NCBI GenBank assembly: GCA_050942995.1
Contig: JBMNOI010000002.1
Span: forward strand, 1-57,760
Length of the DNA: 57,760 bases
Origin: Anaerolineae bacterium
Lineage (GTDB): Bacteria > Chloroflexota > Anaerolineae > UBA1429
Reading direction: 5' to 3'
Below are positions 34,717 to 44,148 of the stretch, in pieces (position 1 is the first letter of the stretch; every line of letters starts with the position of its first letter). The notes under the pieces were generated by a model. That model did no database searches. It was not told the DNA's origin and was given only the letters and a program-made list of their open reading frames with translations. The translations under genes and the position numbers were made by a program.

Positions 34717-36783
34717 TTACACCTGGCCGGACGATCTGGATCGACGGCGACCGATGTAATGGGTCACAGCGATCACGATACCGAGCCCCAGAGCTCCTGC
34801 AGTGATGAGCAGCGTCTGACGTATCATTTCCCTGTGAAACATCGTCGATGTCGCCTCCAGATCACGCGTCTGTCCCCAGCCTACATTCCATGGGACGGGC
34901 GCAGCCGAGGGATCCTCGCTGCGATACCGGACCCGATAGGTCCAGTAGCTCGCCGAGGGCAGGCTCTCCCAGATCTGTCGTTGCTCGCGGAGAATGATGG
35001 TGGCGAGCTGCGTTTCCTTCTGCTCACCATCATCGGTGGGTTGTTGACTGCCCAACTCGACCAGGCGCCAACGAATATATTCCGATTCGGCCTGCCATGC
35101 GCTCTGCATGGGGCCAAGATCCACCCGTTCACGATAGATGCGGCGGTCCCACCAGCGGCCGGGTATCTCGTCATAGTCGTGCAGGCTCAACTGCCATGGT
35201 GCGGCCAGCGCCATGGCCAGCGTATTCTCTTCCTCGGCCAGGGCGACATAGACCGACCCTGCCCGTTCGGCGAGCTCGGCGATCGTGGCATAGGCCACGC
35301 GGATCTCGATCTCGGCCGTGCCGTTGCCGGGGTCCTGGGTGGGCGTCACCTGCATCTGTACGCCCGGTATCTCATCGACTCGATGGATCGCCTCATCCAG
35401 CCAGGCCAGAGTGGTCGGAGTCGACGGCCCGTACAGGGCCATCTGATAGCGGGCGATCCGTTCATGGGGCTCGAGTACCATCTCGGCACGCACCGAGCGG
35501 AACGGCGGCGCATAGCGCGTCAGGGCGTCTCGCATGCCCGGTGAAAGCAGATCGCCGAGCTGCTCTATCGCCCGGGCGGATTGTCCTTTTTTCGCCAGAT
35601 CCAGCGCCCAATAGAGGGCCATATCTTCGCGGGCGATGGTCTGGCCCTGTTGATCGGCTCCGGGCACATCGTATGCCTTTTGCAGGTATTCCAGCGCGGC
35701 GGCGGGATCGTCCAGCCCGTTCGCCGCCTGAGCGGCGTCATAGTAGACCCGGCTCAACAGATTGGCTACCCGATCGTCGTCAGTACCTCGCGCCAATACC
35801 TCTTCCAGTTCCTGCGCGGCCAGTAGCAGATAGTTCAGCGTCAAGTCGGTTGCGGTGCTGGCCCGCGCGATATACAACTCGGCCAGAGTCAGCCGCGGTG
35901 CGGCATCATCGGGAGACGATTGGATGGCGGCATGCAATGCGGCGACGGCTTCGGCAAAGGGATCCTCAAAGGGCACCTCTTCACGTGCGGCGGTCTCTTG
36001 CAGGTCTACAAGGGTGACGGCCAACTGATGAGCCTCGCCATTTGCCCGCAGGTCGCGCAGACGCTGCCAGACGGGGGGCGTCAGCATAATCAACGAATGG
36101 GGGCGAACGGCATCCAGTCCTTCATACTCCCAGAGAAGCATCCGACCGTCGAAATCGATGACGCCGGGATCGACGGCCAGTATGGCATCCTCCGTCATGT
36201 GCCGGGGCAGCCGAAATTCGACACGGATACCCTCCACGGTTCGCCAGGCTTCCAGAGCCGGAGCATCCCAGCTCCAGCGGATAAAGTGGGGTGAGGGCAG
36301 GCTGTGACGATAGGTGAGGCGGAGGGTGCGCCGCTGATTAGGGGCCAACGACATCTCCCAGAGCAGACCGTCGTCGGCCACGGCGACGGGGTCCAGCGTC
36401 TGGTCTCCGTCGCGCAGAGTGGGCTGCGGAATGTTCCCATCACCGCCCGCCGGTAGCGCCAGACGCAGCCGCAGATCCGCCGATTGCGCCCGGTCGCCGT
36501 TATGCATCTCGTATCTCTGCTCGACATCGATGGCGCAGACATCGCCTTCACAGGAGACGGTGGCGACCAGCACACAGGAGACGAGCCGCACAGAGGCCGG
36601 CGCATCCACAGGAACCAACGACACATCGACGGCGGGCGCCGACGCCTGAGCCCGCACCGGGCCGACGCCCGCGATCAGCATGAATATCAAAGCCAGCGCC
36701 ATCAACCACCACGGGGTGGTGAGTGCGCCCGTCCGGCTCATTCCTGTTCTGCTGTCGTCATCGTGTCGCGACGGTATCTGCAT
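34717..36783 (-). CDS. 688-aa envelope protein with N-terminal signal/anchor and C-terminal TM anchor, unknown function
   Basis: Start taken at ATG 36783, 8 nt after the upstream stop and after GAGGGAG. N-terminal WWLMALALIFMLIAGVGPVRAQA. Central TPR-like helical region. C-terminal LLITAGALGLGIVIAVTHYIGRRRSR. Confidence 0.7.
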   Translation of the reverse strand: MQIPSRHDDDSRTGMSRTGALTTPWWLMALALIFMLIAGVGPVRAQASAPAVDVSLVPVDAPASVRLVSCVLVATVSCEGDVCAIDVEQRYEMHNGDRAQSADLRLRLALPAGGDGNIPQPTLRDGDQTLDPVAVADDGLLWEMSLAPNQRRTLRLTYRHSLPSPHFIRWSWDAPALEAWRTVEGIRVEFRLPRHMTEDAILAVDPGVIDFDGRMLLWEYEGLDAVRPHSLIMLTPPVWQRLRDLRANGEAHQLAVTLVDLQETAAREEVPFEDPFAEAVAALHAAIQSSPDDAAPRLTLAELYIARASTATDLTLNYLLLAAQELEEVLARGTDDDRVANLLSRVYYDAAQAANGLDDPAAALEYLQKAYDVPGADQQGQTIAREDMALYWALDLAKKGQSARAIEQLGDLLSPGMRDALTRYAPPFRSVRAEMVLEPHERIARYQMALYGPSTPTTLAWLDEAIHRVDEIPGVQMQVTPTQDPGNGTAEIEIRVAYATIAELAERAGSVYVALAEEENTLAMALAAPWQLSLHDYDEIPGRWWDRRIYRERVDLGPMQSAWQAESEYIRWRLVELGSQQPTDDGEQKETQLATIILREQRQIWESLPSASYWTYRVRYRSEDPSAAPVPWNVGWGQTRDLEATSTMFHREMIRQTLLITAGALGLGIVIAVTHYIGRRRSRSSGQV

Positions 36784-36790
36784 CGCTCCC

Positions 36791-37750
36791 TCATTGTGCG
36801 GCGATGTCCAAACTATGCACCGAATCGATGTGAGGGTCAAGCGGGCGCCATCGGATGCCGTCCAACGGGCTGATGACGACGCTGCCGCCAGAGCGCACAG
36901 CCAGAATCTCGTCGGGAAGGTGAGGGCTGATGACAAACGACTCGACCATATCTTCCATGGGGAGATCCAGCCCTGTCGCCGCCAGCGTCCATGTGGCGCC
37001 CCCGTCGGTGCTGCCCAGGATGCGCCCCTCATGGCCCACACGCCTCGCAGGCCCTGCAAACAGGTGTTGCGGATTCTGGGGGAGCAGCGCAACGGCGCGG
37101 GTATATCCCTCGGTCAGATGCTGCCAGCTAGAGGCGCCGTCGACGCTTCGGTATACGCCGCCGGCGGTGGCCGCATAGAGCAGGTTCGGATCCTCGGGGT
37201 GTACGGCCAGACCATGGACATCGATATGGACGCCATCGTGGGTGATGGTCCAGTTTTCGCCACGATCCGTCGACTTGAGCAGCCCACCCACCTCCAGTGC
37301 GCCGTAAATCAGATCCGGCTGCGCCGGATGCAGCGCCAGAGCACGTACCGCTCCGGCTCGTGGAGAATAGGGGAGCGACCACTGATCTGATTCGGGCAGA
37401 CGGCGAATACTCAGATCCGTCCAGGTCTTGCCGCCGTCAGTGCTCATATAAAGGTTGGCGGGCTCGGTGCCCACATAGACGGTCAGTGGATCATGGGGCG
37501 CAAAGGCGATCGAGCGCACATACTCGATGCCGGCATCGCCGCCGATGCGCTCCCATCCCCGTCCACCATCTTCGCTGCGAAAGAGTCCTGTGCCATAGGC
37601 CCCGGCATAAACCATATCGGCGGCGCCGGGACGAGAGGCCACCACCCACACATCGTGCCCCTCCAGGCTGAGGCCGGTGACGTTCCAGGTATCGTCTGTG
37701 CGTTCCAGCGATACCACCCCATTGCGCGTGCCCATTCGCATGATCAACAT
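36791..37750 (-). CDS. BNR/Asp-box repeat beta-propeller protein (sialidase/Ycf48-like fold), no signal peptide
   Basis: Start at ATG 37750, 8 nt after AAGGAGGG. Five S-x-D-x-G-x-[ST]-W boxes (SEDGGRGW, STDGGKTW, STDRGENW, SVDGASSW, STDGGATW). Confidence 0.8.
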   Translation of the reverse strand: MLIMRMGTRNGVVSLERTDDTWNVTGLSLEGHDVWVVASRPGAADMVYAGAYGTGLFRSEDGGRGWERIGGDAGIEYVRSIAFAPHDPLTVYVGTEPANLYMSTDGGKTWTDLSIRRLPESDQWSLPYSPRAGAVRALALHPAQPDLIYGALEVGGLLKSTDRGENWTITHDGVHIDVHGLAVHPEDPNLLYAATAGGVYRSVDGASSWQHLTEGYTRAVALLPQNPQHLFAGPARRVGHEGRILGSTDGGATWTLAATGLDLPMEDMVESFVISPHLPDEILAVRSGGSVVISPLDGIRWRPLDPHIDSVHSLDIAAQ

Positions 37751-37816
37751 GGCCCTGTCCCTCCTTGCCATGGAAACCGGATCTCGATTTGCGTTTCCCC
37801 TTGCGGATTACATACT

Positions 37817-37825
37817 ATTATAACA
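37817..37825 (-). promoter_or_regulatory. Extended -10 element TGTTATAAT
   Basis: Perfect TATAAT with an upstream TG, in an AT-rich patch 60-70 nt upstream of the BNR gene. No good -35. Confidence 0.4.
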
Positions 37826-37943
37826 AAAATAGTTTAGAAACGCATGGGCATGAATGATGATCAAAGACGATCGACTCTGGAACAGAAAAGCCCGCAAGGA
37901 AGCCGGTCGGGAGCATGGGGTCGTGGGGCGCCCGGGAATCTCT

Positions 37944-38360
37944 TTAGCAAGGGGGTATGGATTCGTCCCGGCGGAATTCAGGCGCCGTGTATCGGCGGCC
38001 GTCCCGACGGCTGCACCGGCGGATACCCTCCAGCAGCGCTTCGGGGGGCTCGCCTTTGCTGACAAATCCATCCGCTCCGGCGGAGAGGGCGGCCTGTTCG
38101 GCCTCAGGATGGCCGCTGAGGGCAAGAATACACACGTCGGGCACAATCTTACGGAGGTGGGTAAGCAAGTCGGACGAGGGAGAGCCGGGGAGTTCCCAAT
38201 CGAGCAATACGAGATCGGGGCGCGTCGCGTGCACGTGGGGCAGTAACTGATCGATATCATCCGCTTCGGCCACAATCTCACAGTCGGGCTCTTGTTCGAG
38301 CAAGAGACGCAGAGCCGAGCGTACACTCGATTGATCGTCAGCAAGCAGTATACGAATCAT
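37944..38360 (-). CDS. Stand-alone response-regulator receiver (CheY-like)
   Basis: Motifs ILLADDQ, LVLLDWELPG and ILALSGH. No output domain. Confidence 0.85.
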   Translation of the reverse strand: MIRILLADDQSSVRSALRLLLEQEPDCEIVAEADDIDQLLPHVHATRPDLVLLDWELPGSPSSDLLTHLRKIVPDVCILALSGHPEAEQAALSAGADGFVSKGEPPEALLEGIRRCSRRDGRRYTAPEFRRDESIPPC

Positions 38361-38410
38361 ATCATCCTCATTGTAAAATCATTACGCCGTGCCATGCATC
38401 CAGTATGCGC

Positions 38411-38445
38411 ACAAAACCCCCCGAATGCACCGCGCATTCGGGGGG
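38411..38445 (-). terminator. Rho-independent terminator after the NarL-type regulator
   Basis: Minus strand: ccccccgaatgc / gcattcgggggg form a 12-bp stem with a 5-nt loop, followed by TTTTGTG. Confidence 0.75.
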
Positions 38446-38471
38446 AGTCTGCTCTGGCCAGGTGGTCGGGG

Positions 38472-38499
38472 CACAACCTGGTCAACTGACCAGGTTGTG
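38472..38499. repeat. 13-bp perfect inverted repeat (cacaacctggtca ac tgaccaggttgtg) spanning the regulator stop codon
   Basis: Arms are at 38472-38484 and 38487-38499. One arm encodes the last residues (QHNLVS), the other is just downstream. Confidence 0.85.
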
Positions 38500-39123
38500 T
38501 TGCAGGGCCAGCGCCACCGCCTCGGTGCGACTGGATGCCCCGAGCTTGGAGAGAATACTGCTGACATGGAATTTGACGGTCGAACGGCTGACGATGAGCC
38601 GTTCGGCGATATCGGGGTTGCTGAGTCCTTCGACCATCAACGCCAGCACCTCACGCTCCCGCGCTGTGAGGTCGAACCCCAGGGGCGGCGGTTGGGTGGT
38701 GGCGTGGATCAAGCTCTGGGCCGCCTCGGGCGCCAGCGTGGATCGGCCGGCGTGCGCCTTGCGAATCGCGTCGGCCAGCTCATCTGCCGAGACGTTCTTG
38801 AGCAGGTAGCTGATGGCGCCGGCCTGTAGCACGCCCTGTACCAGTTCATCTTCACGAAAGCTGGTCAGCGCGACCACCTGCACATCGGGATACTGCCGGC
38901 GTATGATGCGGGTGGCCTCTACCCCGTCCATCTCGGGCATGATGAGGTCCATCAGCACCACATCCGGGTGCAGCTTTTCGACCATTTGCACCGCTTCGCG
39001 TCCGTTGGATGCCTCGCCTACCAGCTCCAGATCATCGGAAACCAGCAGAAAAGCTCCTAACCCGCTGCGCACCACGGCATGATCGTCCACCAGCAATACA
39101 CGAATGGTCTTGTTGTCGCTCAT
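38482..39123 (-). CDS. NarL/LuxR-family response regulator
   Basis: Start ATG 39123 overlaps the kinase stop (ATGA). REC motifs VLLVDDH and VVLMDLIMPEMDG. LuxR HTH motif LSNPDIAERLIVSRSTVKFHV. Confidence 0.9.
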   Translation of the reverse strand: MSDNKTIRVLLVDDHAVVRSGLGAFLLVSDDLELVGEASNGREAVQMVEKLHPDVVLMDLIMPEMDGVEATRIIRRQYPDVQVVALTSFREDELVQGVLQAGAISYLLKNVSADELADAIRKAHAGRSTLAPEAAQSLIHATTQPPPLGFDLTAREREVLALMVEGLSNPDIAERLIVSRSTVKFHVSSILSKLGASSRTEAVALALQHNLVS

Positions 39124-42100
39124 GTCCCGCTCCTGTTTGCGTCCCCTTGCCAGGTCACCATCACACGGGTTCCCCGGCCGATCTGGCTCTCGATGGATAA
39201 TTCGGCGTCGATCCCTTGTGCGCGTTCTTGCATGATGCTCAGTCCCAGCCGGTTCCCCGGCATCGTCTCCGGGTCGAATCCCCGGCCTTGATCGACGATG
39301 CACAGTGTGGCTTTACCATTCTGACACGAAAGGGAGAGAACGGCGCTATCGGCGCCCGAGTGCTTGGCGACATTGTTCAGCGCCTCCTGGGCGATCCGAT
39401 ACATGGCCACCTTGACCTCTTGCGGCAGTTCACACGCGCCGTCGATCTCTAAAGCGATGGGCACACGTGAGCGCCCGGTGGTAGCCTCGGCCAGTTGTTT
39501 CAGCAATTCGGGCAACGATGCCTCGGCCAGCGCAGTCGGCCGCAGCTCGAGCAAGAGGGTGCGCATCTCGGCCAGCGCGCCGCGGGTAAGCTGGCGCAGC
39601 TCTTCCAGCCGCTGTCGCCCCTGTTCCGGGTCTCGCTCCCAGATTCGGGGTAACACCTCGGCGATGAGGCTGGCGGAGAAGAGCGTCTGCGTGACCGCGT
39701 CATGCAGGTCGCGGGCCAGGCGCTGGCGCTCGGCCGCTGCCGCCGATTGTTCTGCCTGAGCAAAGAGACGGGCGTTCTCCACCGCCACACCGATCTGGTC
39801 CGCCAGGGTCTGTAGGGTGATCAGATCGCCCTCATCAAAGCTGTTCACCTCAGCGTTCTGCACATCCAGAACGCCCACGACGCGGCCTCGCACCTGGATG
39901 GGCACTCCGATCTCGGCACGGGTATCGGGCAGCTCGGGCAGCGGCTTGTATCGCGGTTCACGCGAGACGTCGTTGGCCAGGAGCGCCTCGCCCGTTGCGG
40001 CGACATATCCGAGAATCCCCTCCTGCACCTGCCCAACCTTGAGCCGGTACTCGGTAGGCGATGTCGAATCATCGATAAAGCCCTCCAGGCCGGCCTGGAG
40101 TACCAGCTCTTCTCGCTCGGTATCCATCATCAGGATGTTGACATTGTAATAGCCAAAGGTGTCCTTAATCAACCGGACCACCGTATGGAGTAGCTCATCC
40201 AGATCCAGCAGCGAGGTAATTCCGCGACTGACCTCGTTGATGATGCGAAACTGTTCGGCACGGCGGCGCTGCTCCTCATAGTGTCGCGCGCTGTCGATCG
40301 CCATGGCGACCTGATTGGCCATCGCCAGGGCCAGCTCTCCCTCGTCGGGAGTAAAGTGGCGTTTCAGGGGGCGCCGCGTACCGAGTTGTATCAAGCCCAG
40401 CGGCCGGCCCCCCGCCTCGATGGGCACCACGAGGATGGATTGCATGTCCAACTGCCCGGTCAGTATCGGGTTCACGCGAGGATCCTGGGGCACATCCTCG
40501 ATGATGTGCGGCCTCCGTGTATCCATCACGTGATCCCACAGGATCATGCCGTCCAGGGGCATCTCGCCCTGCTCCAGCGCCGCGCATACAGCGGTGTCAA
40601 AGCCTTTGGCCACAGCGCAACGCAGGTCGACGCCGGCTTTGTCATACAGACAGATCAAACAATGTCCCACACCAAAGATATCGGTGGCATATTCGGCGGC
40701 TCGCGAGAGCACCTGATTCAGATCCAGGGTGCTGCTGACGAGTTGAGACATCCCCACCAGTACACCCTGCTCCTGGCGTCGGCGTATCTCGGCCTCGAAG
40801 AGACGCGCATTATCCACGGCGACACCGATCTGATCGCCGATGGAGGTCAGAAGCCGCACTTTGCTCGATTCAAACTCGCGCGATTCGTGCGCGCAGACGA
40901 ACAACAGCCCCCGAATCTCATCCTGAGCCCGCAGAGGGATCCGGGCAAGGGAGCGAAATCCTCCGGCGCGCATGGCCGAATGCTCGTCCTGCAACGACAG
41001 GTCGGCGATCACCAGTGGCCCGGCCTCATCGGCGAGGCGCCGGATAAATTCCGGCTGTGAGACCATTTCGTCCAGTTGGGTCACCAACTTTGGGCTGAGG
41101 CCGCGGTAGGCGACCGTCCGCAGTATACCGGTTTCACTGTCGGGCAGGAGTACCCCGCCGGCATCCATATCGAGCACTTCCAATGTCTTGTCGAGGGCGT
41201 CGCTCAGTATCTGATTCAGATCGAGCGATTGACTCACCACCGTGGCGATGTCGTTCAATCCGGCCAATTCGCGGGTGCGGTCGGCCACCCGCTGTTCGAG
41301 TTGTCCATACGACTCGCGCAGTCTGGCCGCCATAAGGTTGAACTGGGAGGCCAGTTCGGCGATCTCGTCTTTTGTTCCGGTGGTGATGGTCTGATCGAAA
41401 TCTCCCTCGGCCACTCGCTGCGCGGCCGAGATGAGCCGGGCAATGGGGGTGGTGATATGTCGCACACCGAAAGAGACGACCAGGACGGGGAGAATCACGC
41501 CCATCGCCAACAACCCCAGAAGATAGGGGCCATAGCCCTGTCCCGAGCGGGTCAGAGCGGCCCAGTGCTCCTGCGTGATCAACCCCCAGGAGGTGCCGGG
41601 TACCGGCGCAAAGCTGGCCAGAATATCCTGCCCGTCAAAGTCACGGGTGCGGGCGGTGCCCACCCGCCCGCGTAGCGCCTGACGCACCACGGCGCTGGTC
41701 GAAACATCCTCCATGATGCGCCGATCATCCGAGTGATAGATGAGGCGGCCGTTGCCGTCTACCAGGTAGGCGTTGCCGTTCTGCCCCATGCGCAGCTTGA
41801 CCAGATCGCCGTAAAAGGCGCTGACGGCCGTGGCTCCCATGCGAAACATGCCCGCCATCGCCCCCTGAAACTCTCCCATCGGGCCGATGACCGGCACGAC
41901 AAAGGCGATGACCTGCGTTCCATCGGGGCCATCGGGCTCGATATCGGAGAATACGACGTCCGTGCTGTGCAGCACCTGTCGGAAATAGGCCCGGCCCGAC
42001 CAGTCCTGTCCGATGATCTCAGGGCGATCGGGCTCTGTGCCGACGACGGTGCCGGTCGAGTCGAGCAGTATCACGCCGCCGTCAAAGACGACCAACCGAT

Positions 42101-42389
42101 TGCGCCGTTCATTCAGAAATGCGCGCTGCTCCTCGGGCGATAGATCGCGCAGCGCCAGCATGCGGGCCTCGGCCTCGAGAATGCTCACATGAGACGACAT
42201 CTCGGCTGCGAGCTGGCTGGCCGTAAGGCGCACGAGCTCCCGGTTGCGCTCGACTACCAGATTCTCCGTCACCTGCTGATAGGCGTAATAGATGGTAACG
42301 GCGACGATCATCAGGATGAGCATGGTCGGCACAAACGACCATGCGATGATCTTGGTGCGAATGCTGTAGCGTGTATCCATGGCCCTCAT
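39120..42389 (-). CDS. Sensor histidine kinase: TM-dCache-TM-HAMP-3xGAF-HisKA_3-HATPase
   Basis: Start ATG 42389 overlaps the binding-protein stop (ATGA). Periplasmic dCache-like region lies between two TM helices. HAMP motif (PIARLISAAQRVAEGDFD). H-box LARDLHDAVTQTL. ATPase motifs ALNNVAKH and DQGRGF. Confidence 0.9.
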   Translation of the reverse strand: MRAMDTRYSIRTKIIAWSFVPTMLILMIVAVTIYYAYQQVTENLVVERNRELVRLTASQLAAEMSSHVSILEAEARMLALRDLSPEEQRAFLNERRNRLVVFDGGVILLDSTGTVVGTEPDRPEIIGQDWSGRAYFRQVLHSTDVVFSDIEPDGPDGTQVIAFVVPVIGPMGEFQGAMAGMFRMGATAVSAFYGDLVKLRMGQNGNAYLVDGNGRLIYHSDDRRIMEDVSTSAVVRQALRGRVGTARTRDFDGQDILASFAPVPGTSWGLITQEHWAALTRSGQGYGPYLLGLLAMGVILPVLVVSFGVRHITTPIARLISAAQRVAEGDFDQTITTGTKDEIAELASQFNLMAARLRESYGQLEQRVADRTRELAGLNDIATVVSQSLDLNQILSDALDKTLEVLDMDAGGVLLPDSETGILRTVAYRGLSPKLVTQLDEMVSQPEFIRRLADEAGPLVIADLSLQDEHSAMRAGGFRSLARIPLRAQDEIRGLLFVCAHESREFESSKVRLLTSIGDQIGVAVDNARLFEAEIRRRQEQGVLVGMSQLVSSTLDLNQVLSRAAEYATDIFGVGHCLICLYDKAGVDLRCAVAKGFDTAVCAALEQGEMPLDGMILWDHVMDTRRPHIIEDVPQDPRVNPILTGQLDMQSILVVPIEAGGRPLGLIQLGTRRPLKRHFTPDEGELALAMANQVAMAIDSARHYEEQRRRAEQFRIINEVSRGITSLLDLDELLHTVVRLIKDTFGYYNVNILMMDTEREELVLQAGLEGFIDDSTSPTEYRLKVGQVQEGILGYVAATGEALLANDVSREPRYKPLPELPDTRAEIGVPIQVRGRVVGVLDVQNAEVNSFDEGDLITLQTLADQIGVAVENARLFAQAEQSAAAAERQRLARDLHDAVTQTLFSASLIAEVLPRIWERDPEQGRQRLEELRQLTRGALAEMRTLLLELRPTALAEASLPELLKQLAEATTGRSRVPIALEIDGACELPQEVKVAMYRIAQEALNNVAKHSGADSAVLSLSCQNGKATLCIVDQGRGFDPETMPGNRLGLSIMQERAQGIDAELSIESQIGRGTRVMVTWQGDANRSGT

Positions 42390-43834
42390 GGGAAGAACCC
42401 TCGCATAGGGGGATCGGGCTCGGTGTGAGCGCACACGTCGCGCAATATCTCGACATTCGCCTGGCCCAGCGTATAGATACGATCCCAGGCTTCATCGACC
42501 AGCCCCTTGATCTCGGACATTCGCGCATGGATCTCGGTGGTGACCGAGTAGCCCTTGATCTGCCCGTCGGCAAAGGCGGCGAGATTCATGTCTTCGGCCT
42601 GACGAGGGGACTGTTCGCGAATGTAACCCACCCAATCATCGATCAAAGAGGCTCGGGCCGGCTGCAAAAAGCTGGCCCGGGCCATCGCCCGTCCATACTC
42701 TTTGCTCACCAGAAACTTGAGCAACTCCCAGGATTCGTCGGGGTGGGGGGTATAGGCATAGATGCCAAAGCCATCGGTGGTCGCCAGCGTCACGCGGCGC
42801 ACCGGACCGGCCGGCATGGGAGCGACGCCGATGCGAAAGCCGGCATCGGCCAGAATCTCTTTGAGCGACCAGGAGCCATCCTCGATCATGGCCACTTTGC
42901 CGGCGATAAAGGCCTGATGAGGTTTGAGATTCTGTACATCCAGAGGCGTGGCCATGACATGGTCGTCCCACATGCGGGCACGCAGCCACTCCATCGCCTC
43001 CAGCGCCTGGGGCTGATCCATCGCGCAGCGATTCGGGTTGGCCGGGTCGACCAGGTGCCCGCCCCAGGCGTTGACGTGAACCTGGATGCGATCCCAGGCG
43101 ATGGTCATCATGCTACCCCAAAGGTCGCGCTGGCCGTCGCCGTCACGGTCGTGTGACAGGGCCCGCATCGCCTCAAGATAGTCGTCGTAATCCCAGTCCT
43201 CTCTGGGGTAGGGTACGTGATAACGGTCGAACAGGTCTTTGTTGTAGTAGAGAGCCAGAGCGCCATGATATTTGGGCAGGCCGAACTGGAATCCGTCGGG
43301 GCGGGCGAGGGCACGATATTGGGCCGGATCCCAGTCGGCGATGATGGCAGGATCCAGATCCTTCTCGATGTAGGGCCGCAAGTCCAGAGTATACCCCATC
43401 TGCGCCCAGGCGGGGAACTCGGTGCAGCAGCCCTGAAAGACGTCGGCTACTGTGCCCGCGCGCATATCGGCCAGCACCCTGGATTCAAAGTCCTCCGGAT
43501 CGGGCGTGTAGAACACCCGGATGTGGGGATGCTGGGCGTGGAACAGGGATAGCATCTCCTGTGCCATCGGGGGAAACCACTCGGTGCGCCAGTCCTGATA
43601 CACAAGCTGAATTTGCCGTTTTGATTTGGGCGGACCGGTCAGTCCAAAGCGAGGGGTCGAGCAGGCGCTCAGAGCGGTGGTTGCGGCTATCAGGGCTCCC
43701 TGTCGGAACAGCTGTCTTCGCGAAAGATGGGGCCATTTCCGTCGCTCATGAGGTTCTGAATGCTGTGCGCGATCCGGCCGCATAGTGCCCCCTGCATCCA
43801 TAGCGCGATGTTGATCTTGTTTCGACCACTGCAT
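42386..43834 (-). CDS. Family-1 (sugar/CUT1-type) extracellular solute-binding lipoprotein with Tat signal, orphan
   Basis: Start ATG 43834, 4 nt after AAAGGAG. Tat motif SRRQLFRQGALIAATTALSAC plus lipobox. SBP_bac_1-like body. No permease or ATPase genes nearby. Confidence 0.85.
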   Translation of the reverse strand: MQWSKQDQHRAMDAGGTMRPDRAQHSEPHERRKWPHLSRRQLFRQGALIAATTALSACSTPRFGLTGPPKSKRQIQLVYQDWRTEWFPPMAQEMLSLFHAQHPHIRVFYTPDPEDFESRVLADMRAGTVADVFQGCCTEFPAWAQMGYTLDLRPYIEKDLDPAIIADWDPAQYRALARPDGFQFGLPKYHGALALYYNKDLFDRYHVPYPREDWDYDDYLEAMRALSHDRDGDGQRDLWGSMMTIAWDRIQVHVNAWGGHLVDPANPNRCAMDQPQALEAMEWLRARMWDDHVMATPLDVQNLKPHQAFIAGKVAMIEDGSWSLKEILADAGFRIGVAPMPAGPVRRVTLATTDGFGIYAYTPHPDESWELLKFLVSKEYGRAMARASFLQPARASLIDDWVGYIREQSPRQAEDMNLAAFADGQIKGYSVTTEIHARMSEIKGLVDEAWDRIYTLGQANVEILRDVCAHTEPDPPMRGFFP

Positions 43835-44148
43835 TTTACTCCTTTCTGTTGCAGAGGCCAAGAAGGTTTGTCAGGGAGTATCCAAATTCTACTCCGGGGA
43901 TCGCTGGCCATCTGGCCAGGGAGCCAACTGTCCGTCTGAAGGGCGGATTTTCCGGCCACCTGTCCGACGTGCCGTCCCTGATGGCTCTATAAAATAACCG
44001 GGTGTCGGGGTCGGGAGGATATCCGATCCCGAACCGGCTGCCCGCAAGAGGCAGTCTGGAACATACAGCGGGCGCATCTTGACGTTCAAAAGGCAACCGA
44101 CGGGGTTCGACTGCGTAATAAAAGATGCAAACAGAAGTTGGATGAGGA

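Noticed and set aside
44095-44148. ggggttcgac...gcgtaataaaagatgcaaac resembling the 5-prime end and tag region of tmRNA
   Set aside because: - The match is only short.
- No tRNA-like acceptor or T-arm partner lies downstream.
- The following sequence is a well-formed membrane-protein gene with a GAGGAG RBS.
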